A stretch of DNA of 64,000 bases. Origin: Sphaerochaetaceae bacterium (GTDB taxonomy: Bacteria; Spirochaetota; Spirochaetia; Sphaerochaetales; Sphaerochaetaceae). The translations under genes were made by a program, and so were the position numbers. The notes under the pieces were generated by a model. That model was not told where the DNA came from, made no database searches, and saw only the letters and a list, made by a program, of their open reading frames with translations. Positions 29,711-39,765 of the stretch are shown here, one piece after another. The DNA lies in NCBI GenBank assembly GCA_963678415.1, contig OY782833.1, forward strand, positions 818,648 to 882,647, given 5' to 3'. Within the stretch, counting starts at the first letter, position 1. The number at the start of each line of letters is the position of its first letter.

Positions 29711-30268
29711 ATGAATACTATTATTTTAGCATCAAATTCAAAAGCAAGATTGAGTTTATTAGAAGAAAATGGATTTAAAGTAATTGCAAGATCAACAAAT
29801 ATTGATGAAACATCAAATAAAAAACTACCTCAAGATATTGTTATAGATTTGGCAAGACAAAAATTAGAAGCTTATTTTAATTTATATGGTAAAGAAAATG
29901 ATAATATTATATTAGCTGCCGATACTATGATATATTTTAAGAACCAATTAATAGGAAAAGCAAATAATAAAACTGAAGCCTATAATACTCTTAAATCTTT
30001 GAGCAATGAAAAACATCAAATTTACTCGTCTTATGCTCTTTATATTCCTTCTAGTGATAAAATTGAAACGGGATTTGACGTTGTAGATGTAAAATTCAAA
30101 AATTTATCCGACTTAACTATAATGAATTACTTAATTTGCAATGAATGGAAAGGAGCTGCTGGTTCTTATCGAATTCAAGGAAAAGGAAAAACTTTAGTTG
30201 AGGAAATAAATGGCGATTTTAATGTCGCTGTGGGGTTGCCACTTAAGGCGATTTCTGCTTTAATATGA
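29711..30268 (+). CDS. maf: Maf-like nucleoside triphosphate pyrophosphatase
   Basis: ATG at 29711 follows an AAGGAG SD. ILASNSKAR and GAAGSYRIQG motifs. Confidence 0.8.
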   Translation: MNTIILASNSKARLSLLEENGFKVIARSTNIDETSNKKLPQDIVIDLARQKLEAYFNLYGKENDNIILAADTMIYFKNQLIGKANNKTEAYNTLKSLSNEKHQIYSSYALYIPSSDKIETGFDVVDVKFKNLSDLTIMNYLICNEWKGAAGSYRIQGKGKTLVEEINGDFNVAVGLPLKAISALI

Positions 30269-30394
30269 ACATCTTGATCATTTTTTGATTAGGAAATTTC
30301 CGCCCTTATGGGTGAGATATATACGAAGGGTGGCGACCTTGTTATGCAAAGAGCGTTATAACTTGATTAGTCGTCAGATACAGGAGAGGATATT
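30269..30394 (+). promoter_or_regulatory. Structured GC-enriched leader of rpsB (candidate r-protein autoregulatory element)
   Basis: CCGCCCTT (30300-30307) pairs with AAGGGTGG (30326-30333). GGAAATTTCC palindrome. GCGAC/GTCGT distal pairing lies just before the SD. Confidence 0.3.
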
Positions 30395-31285
30395 ATGTCC
30401 GTAGTAACAATGAAAAGCCTATTAGAATCAGGCGTACATTTTGGTCATCAAACAAAAAGATGGAATCCAAAAATGGCTCGTTATATTTTTTCACAAAGAA
30501 ACGGGATTCACATTATCGACCTACAAAAAACATCAACATGTATTGTTGAAGCTTACGAAGCAGCTCGTTCTATCGTAAAAGATGGTAAATCAATTTTATT
30601 TGTAGGTACAAAAAAACAAGCTCAATTAGTAATTGAAACTGAAGCAAAACGTTGTGGCATGCCTTACGTAAATAACCGTTGGCTCGGTGGTATGTTAACA
30701 AACTTCTCAACAATCAAAAAATCAATTTCCACTTTAAAAAGAATCGAAAAAATGGAAAGTGATGGTACTTTTGAATCATTAACAAAAAAAGAAGTATCTC
30801 TATTAACAAAACAAAAAAGTAAATTAGAAAAGAACCTTGGTGGTATCAAAGATATGAAGAACTTACCAGGTGCACTTTTCATTATCGATACTAAGAAAGA
30901 AGCTATCGCTATTACTGAAGCTAAAAAACTTGGTATTCCTGTAATTGCAGTTGTTGATACAAACTGTGATCCTACAGATATTACTTACCCTATTCCTGGT
31001 AATGACGATGCTATTCGTGCTATCTCTTTATTCGTTGAAATCATTTCAAGAGCTGTAATCGATGCAGACAATGAAACAGGCAATCTTCAAATTGTTGAAA
31101 GCTTAGATGAAGAAGAAACAGAAGAAACAAAAGAAGTAGAAACAGAAAGTGTTGTTTTCTCAACAGAAGAAGAAACAGATTTTTCTAAATTTGAAGAGAA
31201 AAAAGATGAAAATAGTGAAGATGAAAAGGGTTCAACTGTTGTTGCTGGCATCGAATTAGATGACAAAACCCTTTACCAAGATTAA
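30395..31285 (+). CDS. rpsB: 30S ribosomal protein S2 with an acidic C-terminal extension
   Basis: [19 protein letters not shown]... is the canonical S2 N-terminus. Confidence 0.95.
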   Translation: MSVVTMKSLLESGVHFGHQTKRWNPKMARYIFSQRNGIHIIDLQKTSTCIVEAYEAARSIVKDGKSILFVGTKKQAQLVIETEAKRCGMPYVNNRWLGGMLTNFSTIKKSISTLKRIEKMESDGTFESLTKKEVSLLTKQKSKLEKNLGGIKDMKNLPGALFIIDTKKEAIAITEAKKLGIPVIAVVDTNCDPTDITYPIPGNDDAIRAISLFVEIISRAVIDADNETGNLQIVESLDEEETEETKEVETESVVFSTEEETDFSKFEEKKDENSEDEKGSTVVAGIELDDKTLYQD

Positions 31286-31295
31286 GGAGAATAAA

Positions 31296-32132
31296 ATGGA
31301 AATTAAAGCTTCTGTAGTAAAAAAATTACGTGATACAACTGGCGCAGGTATGATGGATTGTAAAAAAGCATTAGTTAAAGCTGAAGGTGACTTCGCTGCT
31401 GCAACTAAAATTTTACAAGAAATGGGTCTTGCTGCTGTAGCAAAAAGAGCTGATAGAGCAACAGATAATGGTAGTGTTTTCACAAAAGTAACAAAAGACA
31501 AAGCTATTTTAGTTGAAATCTCTTGTGAAACTGACTTCGTTGCTAAAAACGAAGACTTTAAAAAACTTGGTGAAAGTATGTGTTCTGTAATCGCTGAAAA
31601 AGGTTATACCGAAATCAACGATGAATTAAATGGCATGGTTAAAGATTTAATTGCAACAATTAAAGAAAACATGACATTAAAAACTGTTTTAGTTATTGAT
31701 TTAGCAGAAAACGAATATGCTACAACATATATCCATGGCGCTGGTGAAAAAGGTGTTCTAGTAGAATTTAAAGCAGATAGTGCAGCAGCATTTGAAAATG
31801 AAGCTGTTAAAGAATTCTGTTATGACTGTGCATTACATGTTGCAGCATATACACCTGCTTACTTAGATGAAAGTGCAATTGATGCAGACAAAATTAAAGA
31901 ATTAGAAGAAATCTTTACAAAACAAGCTTTAGGTATGGGTAAACCTGAAAAGATTATACCAAATATCGTAAAAGGTATGTTATCAAAACATTTCAAAGAA
32001 ATCTGTTTCTTAGATCAAGCTTTTATTAAAGAAGATAAATTATCAGTAGAACAAAAAATGAAGCAAGTAGCTAAAGAAGCAAACTGTAAATTAGAAATCA
32101 CTGGTTTCCAATTGTACACAACTGGTGCTTAA
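31296..32132 (+). CDS. tsf: Elongation factor Ts
   Basis: MEIKASVVKKLRDTTGAGMMDCKKAL (UBA-like N-terminus). AAGGAG SD before 31296. Confidence 0.9.
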   Translation: MEIKASVVKKLRDTTGAGMMDCKKALVKAEGDFAAATKILQEMGLAAVAKRADRATDNGSVFTKVTKDKAILVEISCETDFVAKNEDFKKLGESMCSVIAEKGYTEINDELNGMVKDLIATIKENMTLKTVLVIDLAENEYATTYIHGAGEKGVLVEFKADSAAAFENEAVKEFCYDCALHVAAYTPAYLDESAIDADKIKELEEIFTKQALGMGKPEKIIPNIVKGMLSKHFKEICFLDQAFIKEDKLSVEQKMKQVAKEANCKLEITGFQLYTTGA

Positions 32133-32149
32133 TTAGCAATTAATATTAT

Positions 32150-32174
32150 AGCTCACTAGTTATTCTAGTGAGCT
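32150..32174 (+). terminator. Intra-operon hairpin between tsf and frr (possible attenuator or processing site)
   Basis: AGCTCACTAG-5nt-CTAGTGAGCT. Only a weak T-rich tail follows. Confidence 0.35.
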
Positions 32175-32195
32175 TATTCATATTTGGAGGATGTT

Positions 32196-32750
32196 ATGAA
32201 TACCGTATTAAACACATTAGAAAGCAAAATGAAAAAATCTATTCAAGCTCTAGAAAGTGAATACCAATCATTAAGAACTGGTCGTGCAAATGCTGCATTA
32301 TTTAATAATATTCAAGTTGAATATTACGGTGCACAAACACCCCTTTCACAAGTTGGTTCAATTTCTGTTCCTGAAGCTAGAATGGTTGTAATTCAACCTT
32401 GGGATAAAACAGTCCTTCCTGCAATTGAAAAAGCAATCTTAAAAAGCGAATTAGGATTAACTCCTAACAATGATGGAAAATTAATTAGAATTTCTTTTCC
32501 TGCTCTAACTGCAGATAGACGTAAAGAATTAGCAAAAAGCGCAAAACAAACTGCTGAAAAATATAAAGTTGGTTTGAGAAACTTACGTCGTGAAGCAATT
32601 GATGAACTTAAAGAAATGGAAAAAGAAAGCTTAATAAGCGAAGATGATTTAAAAGTTGGTGAAACAAAAGTTCAAAAAATCACTGACACTTATGTTGCAA
32701 AAATTAGTGATGTTGCTGCAGCAAAAGAAAAAGAAATCATGGAGATATAA
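32196..32750 (+). CDS. frr: Ribosome recycling factor
   Basis: LRTGRANAALF... signature. ATG at 32196 lies 5 nt after GGAGG. Confidence 0.9.
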   Translation: MNTVLNTLESKMKKSIQALESEYQSLRTGRANAALFNNIQVEYYGAQTPLSQVGSISVPEARMVVIQPWDKTVLPAIEKAILKSELGLTPNNDGKLIRISFPALTADRRKELAKSAKQTAEKYKVGLRNLRREAIDELKEMEKESLISEDDLKVGETKVQKITDTYVAKISDVAAAKEKEIMEI

Positions 32751-33445
32751 TGGATACTAAAAATTTGACTCACTTAGGCATAATAATGGATGGTAACGGA
32801 CGATGGGCCCAACAAAGGAACCTACCGAGAACTGCTGGCCATTTAGCTGGATTAAAAGCTTTAAAAAAAATTATTCTAGCGGCAAAACATAGTGAGATTA
32901 AGTTTTTATCTTTATATGCATTTTCAACCGAGAATTGGAGGCGTCCCAAAGCTGAAGTTAATTACTTAATGAATCTTGTGGCCTCCAAACTACCGGGTGA
33001 AATCAGATTTTATAAAAAAGAAAGTATTAGAATCCTTGTTAAAGGTGATATTTCAAAGCTTCCTACTAATGCTCAAGATTCAATAAGAAAAGTTGAATCT
33101 GAAACACAAAACTGTAATAAATTAATAGTAATACTATGTATTAATTATGGAGGACATGATGAGATTGTAAGAAGTGTTAATTCTTTTTTAGAAAAAACAA
33201 ACAAAAAAATTATAACTATAGAAGATATTCAAACCAATATTCAATTCAATGATTTGGTACCTTCAGTAGATATGATTGTCAGAAGTGCTGGAGAAAAGCG
33301 TTTAAGCAACTTTTTATTATGGGAAAGTGCCTACGCAGAATTAGGTTTTTATGATAGACTATTTCCAGACTGGGACAAAGATATGATTGAGATCATCATT
33401 AATGATTTTAAATCAAGGACACGAAAATTTGGAGGTATTAAGTAA
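32750..33445 (+). CDS. uppS: Undecaprenyl diphosphate synthase
   Basis: IIMDGNGRWA and FSTENWRRP motifs. TAATG overlap with frr. Confidence 0.9.
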   Translation: MDTKNLTHLGIIMDGNGRWAQQRNLPRTAGHLAGLKALKKIILAAKHSEIKFLSLYAFSTENWRRPKAEVNYLMNLVASKLPGEIRFYKKESIRILVKGDISKLPTNAQDSIRKVESETQNCNKLIVILCINYGGHDEIVRSVNSFLEKTNKKIITIEDIQTNIQFNDLVPSVDMIVRSAGEKRLSNFLLWESAYAELGFYDRLFPDWDKDMIEIIINDFKSRTRKFGGIK

Positions 33446-34284
33446 TGTCTTCTCTTAAACAACGCTTATTTACAACTTTGCTAGGCATTCCTCTTTTACT
33501 TATAGTTATATTTCTATTACCACAATTTGAACATTTAGCGTTTGCAATTGTAGTAACTGTATTTACTCTTCTAGGAAGTAAAGAAATATATAAAATAATT
33601 AAAATCAAATTTAATATAAATCCAAATCTTCCCTACTTTTTTTGTGGAATAATCCCAATAGCATCATGGCTAAGTACCTTCACTGGTATTAGCAATTTAA
33701 CCGAATTAACATTAATTCTTTTGTTAATTATTTCCTTTACAATTGAAATTTTCTCAGGTTCTAAAAGTGAAACACCTTTTTCTGATTCTATTAACACTAT
33801 CGCTCTAGATAGTTTTGCTTTAATCTACCCTGGATATTTACTATCATTTATAATAAAAGTTAATGCGTTTGATGAAGTATCAAAATTTTATGCTTTATTC
33901 TTATTAACTGTTTTTTCAAATGATATTTTTGCATATATTTTTGGAATGCTTTTAGGAAAAAATTCAAGAGGTTTTATAAAAGCTAGCCCTAATAAAAGTG
34001 TTGTAGGTTTTATTGGTGGTATTTTATCTAGCATTATTATTTGTTGTGCTACCTGGTTTATCTTAAATATTCCTTTAAATATTATTGAAATATTAATAAT
34101 TGGGTTAGCTCTATCATTAACCGCTAATATAGGTGATTTAATTGAATCAGTAATAAAAAGAAGTGCTAATGTAAAAGATGCAGGTAAAATAATTCCTGGC
34201 AGAGGTGGCGCTTTAGATAATTTAGATTCACTAATGGTTTGTGCACCCCTATTCTTTTTATTATTAGAAATCTTTTTAAAATAG
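33445..34284 (+). CDS. cdsA: Phosphatidate cytidylyltransferase
   Basis: SVIKRSANVKDAGKIIPGRGGALDNLDS is the CDS signature region. Polytopic membrane protein. Confidence 0.85.
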   Translation: MSSLKQRLFTTLLGIPLLLIVIFLLPQFEHLAFAIVVTVFTLLGSKEIYKIIKIKFNINPNLPYFFCGIIPIASWLSTFTGISNLTELTLILLLIISFTIEIFSGSKSETPFSDSINTIALDSFALIYPGYLLSFIIKVNAFDEVSKFYALFLLTVFSNDIFAYIFGMLLGKNSRGFIKASPNKSVVGFIGGILSSIIICCATWFILNIPLNIIEILIIGLALSLTANIGDLIESVIKRSANVKDAGKIIPGRGGALDNLDSLMVCAPLFFLLLEIFLK

Positions 34285-34290
34285 GACAAG

Positions 34291-35400
34291 ATGAAAAAAG
34301 TTATTATTTTAGGAGCTACAGGAAGTATTGGGACTACCTGTTTAAATGCAATTTTAGAAAAAAGACTACCAATAGAGGTCGTCGGAATTAGTGCAAATAA
34401 AAACTATGAACAACTAGAAGCTATAGCGACAAAATTCAATATTAAAAACTTATTACTTTCAAATTCTTCTCATAAAAACTCTAATTTTAATTACTTTGAT
34501 AATATTTTTGATCTTATAAAAGAAACCCCTTGTGATATCGTTTTAAATGGTATTTCAGGCTTTGATGGACTTAAAGCAACAATAGATACTTTAAACAATA
34601 AAAAAGATGTTGCTTTAGCTAATAAGGAATCAGTAGTAACAGGCGCTGCCGTTATTTTTGATTTAGCAAAAAAAAATAACTGTAAAATCATACCTGTAGA
34701 CAGTGAGCATTCAGCAATAAAAGCTCTTATTGATTCCCACCAAAGAGAAAATGTAAAATCTTTGATTATAACAGCAAGTGGTGGACCTTTTAGAAATTTA
34801 GAATTATCTAAATTCAAGGATATCACTGTTGAAAAAGCACTAAACCATCCAACCTGGAAAATGGGACCTAAAATTACCATTGATAGTTCTACCCTTGCTA
34901 ATAAGGCTCTTGAAGTTATTGAAGCTTCATACCTTTTTAATTTTGAACCAAAAGATATTGAAGTTACTGTTCATCCTCAAAGCATCATTCATTCTATGAT
35001 AAGATTACATGATGGTGCTGTTTATGCTCAAATGGGAAATCCTAATATGTCATTGCCTATCATCGAGGGAATATTAGATGGATACAGCAATAAAGAATTA
35101 GTGAAACCTCTTGATTTCACTTCTCTCCAATTAACTTTTGAAGCTCCAAATTATGAGAAATTTCCTTTATTAAAATTAGCATATGATATATTAGAAAAGA
35201 AAAATGGATACCCAATTGCATTCAATGCTGCTAACGAAGAAGCTGTATATGCATTTTTAAATAAACAAATTTCATATCTTAAACTTCAAGATATTGTTTT
35301 AAAAACAATAGATAAAGATTTTTCTGATAATGTAACTTGCTTTGAAGATATTCTAGAAACTGATAAGATTGCAAGAAAGATAGCAAAAAGTTATATTTAA
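34291..35400 (+). CDS. dxr: 1-deoxy-D-xylulose 5-phosphate reductoisomerase
   Basis: ILGATGSIG, LANKES, PVDSEHSA and NHPTWKMG motifs. Confidence 0.9.
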   Translation: MKKVIILGATGSIGTTCLNAILEKRLPIEVVGISANKNYEQLEAIATKFNIKNLLLSNSSHKNSNFNYFDNIFDLIKETPCDIVLNGISGFDGLKATIDTLNNKKDVALANKESVVTGAAVIFDLAKKNNCKIIPVDSEHSAIKALIDSHQRENVKSLIITASGGPFRNLELSKFKDITVEKALNHPTWKMGPKITIDSSTLANKALEVIEASYLFNFEPKDIEVTVHPQSIIHSMIRLHDGAVYAQMGNPNMSLPIIEGILDGYSNKELVKPLDFTSLQLTFEAPNYEKFPLLKLAYDILEKKNGYPIAFNAANEEAVYAFLNKQISYLKLQDIVLKTIDKDFSDNVTCFEDILETDKIARKIAKSYI

Positions 35401-35421
35401 TCTAACACAAAAGGAAACAAA

Positions 35422-36816
35422 ATGGATCAACTCTTATCAACAGCACTTAAATATATAGTTGGTATATTTGGCGTAGGAATTATTGTTCTACTCCATGAAA
35501 TTGGGCATTTTGTTGCTGCAAGAATTTTTAAAATTGATGTAGAAATTTTTTCAATTGGATTTGGCCCAAAAATGATTGGAAAAAAACTTAGAAGAACTGA
35601 ATATAGAATTTCATATTTCCTATTTGGTGGATATTGTAAAATGAAAGGGGCTGATGATTTAACAAGAGCATTAGATCATAATAAAAAAAAATTTATTCAT
35701 GTTGAAAGTGGCTCCCTTTTCTCTGTAAAACCTTTGGCAAAATTCTTAACTTATTTAGCAGGGCCAATAACAAATTTTTTATTAACAATTTTCTTGTGTA
35801 CTGCCCTATTTTTTTCATCTCACCAAACTCTATCTACTCCTGCTATAGTTACCCCTGTTAATGAATATCCAACCTTATTTAATAATTCATCAAGTCCAGC
35901 AGCAGCTAGTGGCATTCAAAAAAATGATAGAATCCTAAAATTAAATAATATTGAAATACAGGATTGGCAAGAATTTACAAATCTTTTATCTGAAGATAAT
36001 TTTTCAAAAATTGATCTTTTAATTGAAAGAGATAATAAGATATACAATATTATGATTGATGGTGAGTTATCTGAGAACAATACATACAGATATGGACTAA
36101 CGAATGTTATTAAGCCAGTAATATCTCTAGTAAGGTTATTTTCACCTGAATATAAAGCTGGCTTAAAAAAAGCTGATCAAATTATAGAAGTAAATGATAT
36201 AAAAATTGAAAATAATTTAGATTTATTAAAGGCTTTTAATCAAATAAATTCAAATATTATAGATATAAAAGTACTTAGAGATAACGCTGTTGTTAACATT
36301 ACATATACTCCAAAATATAATAAAGATGGATCTATTAATCATAGTTTCTCTTTATACTCCCCAACAAAAACAATAGAAGGAGAGTCTCTATCTTTCGCTC
36401 TATCAAATGGTATATCAATGTCTATTAGACTTTTTAAAGATACCTTAAATAGCATTTTTAGTTTATTTAAAAAGAAAACTGATGATATTAGAACAGTATT
36501 CACTGGCCCAATGAGAGCGTCTCTTATGATTGGTAATATTACAGTATTAGGCTTTGAAAACAGCATTACAAGCGGTTTTAGAGCTTTTCTATACCTATTA
36601 GCTATTGTATCAATTTCTTTGACTATTGCAAATCTATTACCTATTCCGGCCTTTGATGGTGGTCAAATGTTAATAGCATTGATAGAAATGATAACAAATA
36701 AAAAGATATCACCTAAGCATTATTGGGCAACTCAAATTTTTGGATTAGTATGTGTTGTAATTCTATTTTCCATTATGTATTTTATAGATTTTAGATACTT
36801 TTTTAGACAATTGTAA
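35422..36816 (+). CDS. rseP: RIP metalloprotease RseP (site-2 protease, M50)
   Basis: HEIGHF zinc motif, a central PDZ-like region, and the C-terminal NLLPIPAFDGG motif. Confidence 0.85.
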   Translation: MDQLLSTALKYIVGIFGVGIIVLLHEIGHFVAARIFKIDVEIFSIGFGPKMIGKKLRRTEYRISYFLFGGYCKMKGADDLTRALDHNKKKFIHVESGSLFSVKPLAKFLTYLAGPITNFLLTIFLCTALFFSSHQTLSTPAIVTPVNEYPTLFNNSSSPAAASGIQKNDRILKLNNIEIQDWQEFTNLLSEDNFSKIDLLIERDNKIYNIMIDGELSENNTYRYGLTNVIKPVISLVRLFSPEYKAGLKKADQIIEVNDIKIENNLDLLKAFNQINSNIIDIKVLRDNAVVNITYTPKYNKDGSINHSFSLYSPTKTIEGESLSFALSNGISMSIRLFKDTLNSIFSLFKKKTDDIRTVFTGPMRASLMIGNITVLGFENSITSGFRAFLYLLAIVSISLTIANLLPIPAFDGGQMLIALIEMITNKKISPKHYWATQIFGLVCVVILFSIMYFIDFRYFFRQL

Positions 36817-36950
36817 AAAAAATGTTATCTAATTTTTAATATTTTTATACCCCAATATCATAAAAGTGTGGTAATTTTTGACGTTTTTTAATTTTTGCCC
36901 CTTTATGAATCATAATACTAGGAATACAATATATGAATACGGAGGTGTTT

Positions 36951-38348
36951 ATGAGTATTTCACACAAAGCAGCTAGGACTGCAATTGGAGCTGGATTGGA
37001 TATTGCAATTAATCATGCAATAAAAAATCAAGAACAAGGCATAAATGATATTATAAATTTATTAAAAAAATACTTTAAACCAACTGATAAAGATAAAGAA
37101 AAATCAGGAACAAATGCTTTTGAAAATATGGCTAAATTCACAGAAGATCCAAACTCAAAATGGATGAGATATGCAAAAAAAATTTTTAATGATGTAGATC
37201 CAAAAATCATAAAAACTTTAATGTTAAATCTTGCATATGAAAGTGGATATAGAGGACTTAATACTGTTAGAAAAACAAGTGAAAAATATGATTGTAATGT
37301 CCCTTGGACAATGCTCTTTGATCCAACTAGTGCATGTAATATGCATTGTAAAGGTTGTTGGTCAGGAGAATATGGACCAAAACATAATCTTTCATATGAG
37401 GATATGGACTCAATCGTAACTCAAGGTAAAGAACTTGGAACTCATTTTTACTTACTTACTGGTGGAGAACCTTTAGTAAGAAAAGATGATATTGTAAAAC
37501 TTGCATTAAAACATTCTGATTGTGTTTTCCATTGCTTCACTAATGGCACTTTGGTAGACGATAAATTCTGTCAAGATATGCTTAATTGTAAAAATATTAT
37601 CTTAGCCATATCACTTGAAGGTTTTAAAGAACAAAACGACTTTAGACGTGGCGATGGTTGTTTTGATAAAGTAATGACAGCTATGGATTTATTAAAGAAA
37701 TATAAACTTCCATTTGGTACTTCTATTTGCTGGACTAAACAAAACTGTGAAACAGTTATTAGTGATGAATTCTTAAAACTTTTAGTTGATAAAGGTTGTT
37801 TATGGGCTTGGTATTTCCATTTTATGCCTGTTGGACAAAATACTGGAAAAGAATTAATTCCAACAACAGAACAAAGAGAATTTATGCTTAAGACTCTTAG
37901 GAAAAAAAGAAAAGAAAATAATGATAATTTACTTTTCATGTTAGACTTCCAAAATGATGGAGAATATGTTGGTGGTTGTATTGCAGGAGGTAAACACTTC
38001 TTACACATCAATCCTAATGGTGATGTAGAGCCATGTGTATTCATCCACTACTCCACAGCAAACATTCATGAGAATACTTTATTAGAAGCACTACAGCAAC
38101 CTTTATTCATGCAGTATAGACAACATCAACCATTTAATAAAAATATGTTTAGACCTTGTCCTATGCTTGAAAATCCATCTTATTTACCTAATATGGTAAA
38201 GGAAGCAAATGCTGAATCAACAGATCTTGAAGCTCCAGAAAAAGCAGAACATCTTGTTAGCAAAACAATTGAGTATGCTAAAGAATGGGCTCCAACTGCA
38301 GATAGACTTTGGGAAGAAAGATTAGCCGAAAAAAAAATGGCTAAATAA
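36951..38348 (+). CDS. Radical SAM enzyme with auxiliary C-terminal Cys-containing region, substrate unknown
   Basis: CNMHCKGC (CxxxCxxC) cluster motif, GGEPL, and downstream GGCIAGG...PCVF...RPCP cysteines. ATG at 36951 follows a GGAGG SD. Confidence 0.75.
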   Translation: MSISHKAARTAIGAGLDIAINHAIKNQEQGINDIINLLKKYFKPTDKDKEKSGTNAFENMAKFTEDPNSKWMRYAKKIFNDVDPKIIKTLMLNLAYESGYRGLNTVRKTSEKYDCNVPWTMLFDPTSACNMHCKGCWSGEYGPKHNLSYEDMDSIVTQGKELGTHFYLLTGGEPLVRKDDIVKLALKHSDCVFHCFTNGTLVDDKFCQDMLNCKNIILAISLEGFKEQNDFRRGDGCFDKVMTAMDLLKKYKLPFGTSICWTKQNCETVISDEFLKLLVDKGCLWAWYFHFMPVGQNTGKELIPTTEQREFMLKTLRKKRKENNDNLLFMLDFQNDGEYVGGCIAGGKHFLHINPNGDVEPCVFIHYSTANIHENTLLEALQQPLFMQYRQHQPFNKNMFRPCPMLENPSYLPNMVKEANAESTDLEAPEKAEHLVSKTIEYAKEWAPTADRLWEERLAEKKMAK

Positions 38349-38369
38349 ATTTAGACCAAAAAGCTTATA

Positions 38370-38408
38370 ACACCGAAATAATTAATTATTATTTTGGTGT
38401 TTTTTTTA
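38370..38408. terminator. Bidirectional terminator (radical SAM gene / dnaB)
   Basis: ACACCGAAATAAT-loop-ATTATTTTGGTGT followed by T7. Confidence 0.55.
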
Positions 38409-39743
38409 ATTTGAATTATAGTCGTTAGACAATTCTTCAAATCTTACAATATTTCTATGGAAACCTAAATTAATCTTACCTGTTTCACCATTACGGTTTT
38501 TAGCAACTAAGACTTCTGTTTTTTGAATGATTGTTTCTTCCGCATTATTTCTATGTAATAGAATAACAATATCAGCATCTTGTTCAATTGAACCGGATTC
38601 TCTTAAATCAGCCAATCTAGGAAGTTGTCCATCAGTTTGTCTTCCAACCTGAGATAGAACAACTATTGGTATATTTAATTCACGAGTTAATTGTTTCAAA
38701 GTACGGGAAATGTTAGCAATTTGTTCATGACGAGGAACTGTATTATCTGTATTTTGAATTAACCCAATATAGTCAATAAACAAAATTTGAATATCATCCT
38801 CTCTCTTCATTTTTCTTGCTTGAGATCGAATATCACTTAATTGCATATTAGGAGTATCTTGAATAAAGAATTTCCTTTTTGAAAGGTTATCACAAGCATC
38901 AAAGATTTGTGACAATTCAGCTTCAGTTAATAAACCATTTCTGATATGAGAGAAATCAACCCTACTAATACCAGTTAAAGCTCTTTCTAACAAATCTGTA
39001 GCTTTCATTTCTAATGATAAAAATCCGACTCTGTAATTATTCAAAGTCAACATATTAAGTGCAACTGTTAATGCAAAAGCTGTTTTACCAATAGAAGGTC
39101 TAGCACCAATTATTACATAATCTTGCTCTTTAAAACCACCAGACAAACGCTTATCTAAATCATTAAAGCCTGTACTATATCCAGTAAAACCATCTTCGCT
39201 GGTTCTTCTTTCAATATTATTAATTGTATCTAATAATAATTTAGTAGCACTATAATATTCCCCTGCTACATTACCCTTAGCGGCTAAAGTTGATAAAGAA
39301 TTTTCACCATTATCAATTGTTGTTGATATATCTTGAGTTAAATCATATGCATCATCTTTTAATACCGTAGCTACAGTAATCAAACGTCTACGCATTGATA
39401 ATTTCTTTATCATGTTTGCATAGATTAATGCAGTAGAAGAGGAAGGTGCCTCATTGGTAAGGCTTGAAATATATGGAAGACCTCCACATATCTCTAATTT
39501 ATTTTTTTTATTCAAGCTATCTACTAAAGTAATTAAATCAATTCGACTACTTGAATTCTCATTAAAATAATCAAGCATCGTCTGGAACAACTCTTGATGT
39601 CCTGTTTTGAAGAAATCTCTTGGCTCAAGTATAGTAGATAATTCATTAATAATTGAATTATCTAACAGTATTGAACCTAGAATTGCTTTTTCAGCAGCTT
39701 CATCATTGGGCAAAATACGAGTATTGTTATCAAACGATGCCAT
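38406..39743 (-). CDS. dnaB: Replicative DNA helicase
   Basis: LPNDEAAEKAILGSIL N-terminus, GARPSIGKTAF Walker A, FIDYIGL, and SQVGR/ESGSIEQDAD motifs. Confidence 0.9.
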   Translation of the reverse strand: MASFDNNTRILPNDEAAEKAILGSILLDNSIINELSTILEPRDFFKTGHQELFQTMLDYFNENSSSRIDLITLVDSLNKKNKLEICGGLPYISSLTNEAPSSSTALIYANMIKKLSMRRRLITVATVLKDDAYDLTQDISTTIDNGENSLSTLAAKGNVAGEYYSATKLLLDTINNIERRTSEDGFTGYSTGFNDLDKRLSGGFKEQDYVIIGARPSIGKTAFALTVALNMLTLNNYRVGFLSLEMKATDLLERALTGISRVDFSHIRNGLLTEAELSQIFDACDNLSKRKFFIQDTPNMQLSDIRSQARKMKREDDIQILFIDYIGLIQNTDNTVPRHEQIANISRTLKQLTRELNIPIVVLSQVGRQTDGQLPRLADLRESGSIEQDADIVILLHRNNAEETIIQKTEVLVAKNRNGETGKINLGFHRNIVRFEELSNDYNSN

Positions 39744-39765
39744 ATTATATTAACTCCTAATATCT

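Noticed and set aside
33888-34289. Antisense ORFs of 60-157 aa inside well-supported genes. Examples: 648-923, 1571-1846, 33888-34289, 34491-34880, 37571-38044, 60106-60405, 60335-60685.
   Set aside because: Each lies wholly within a longer opposite-strand CDS that has strong family motifs. All lack SD sequences and have skewed, repetitive composition typical of the reverse complement of AT-rich coding DNA.
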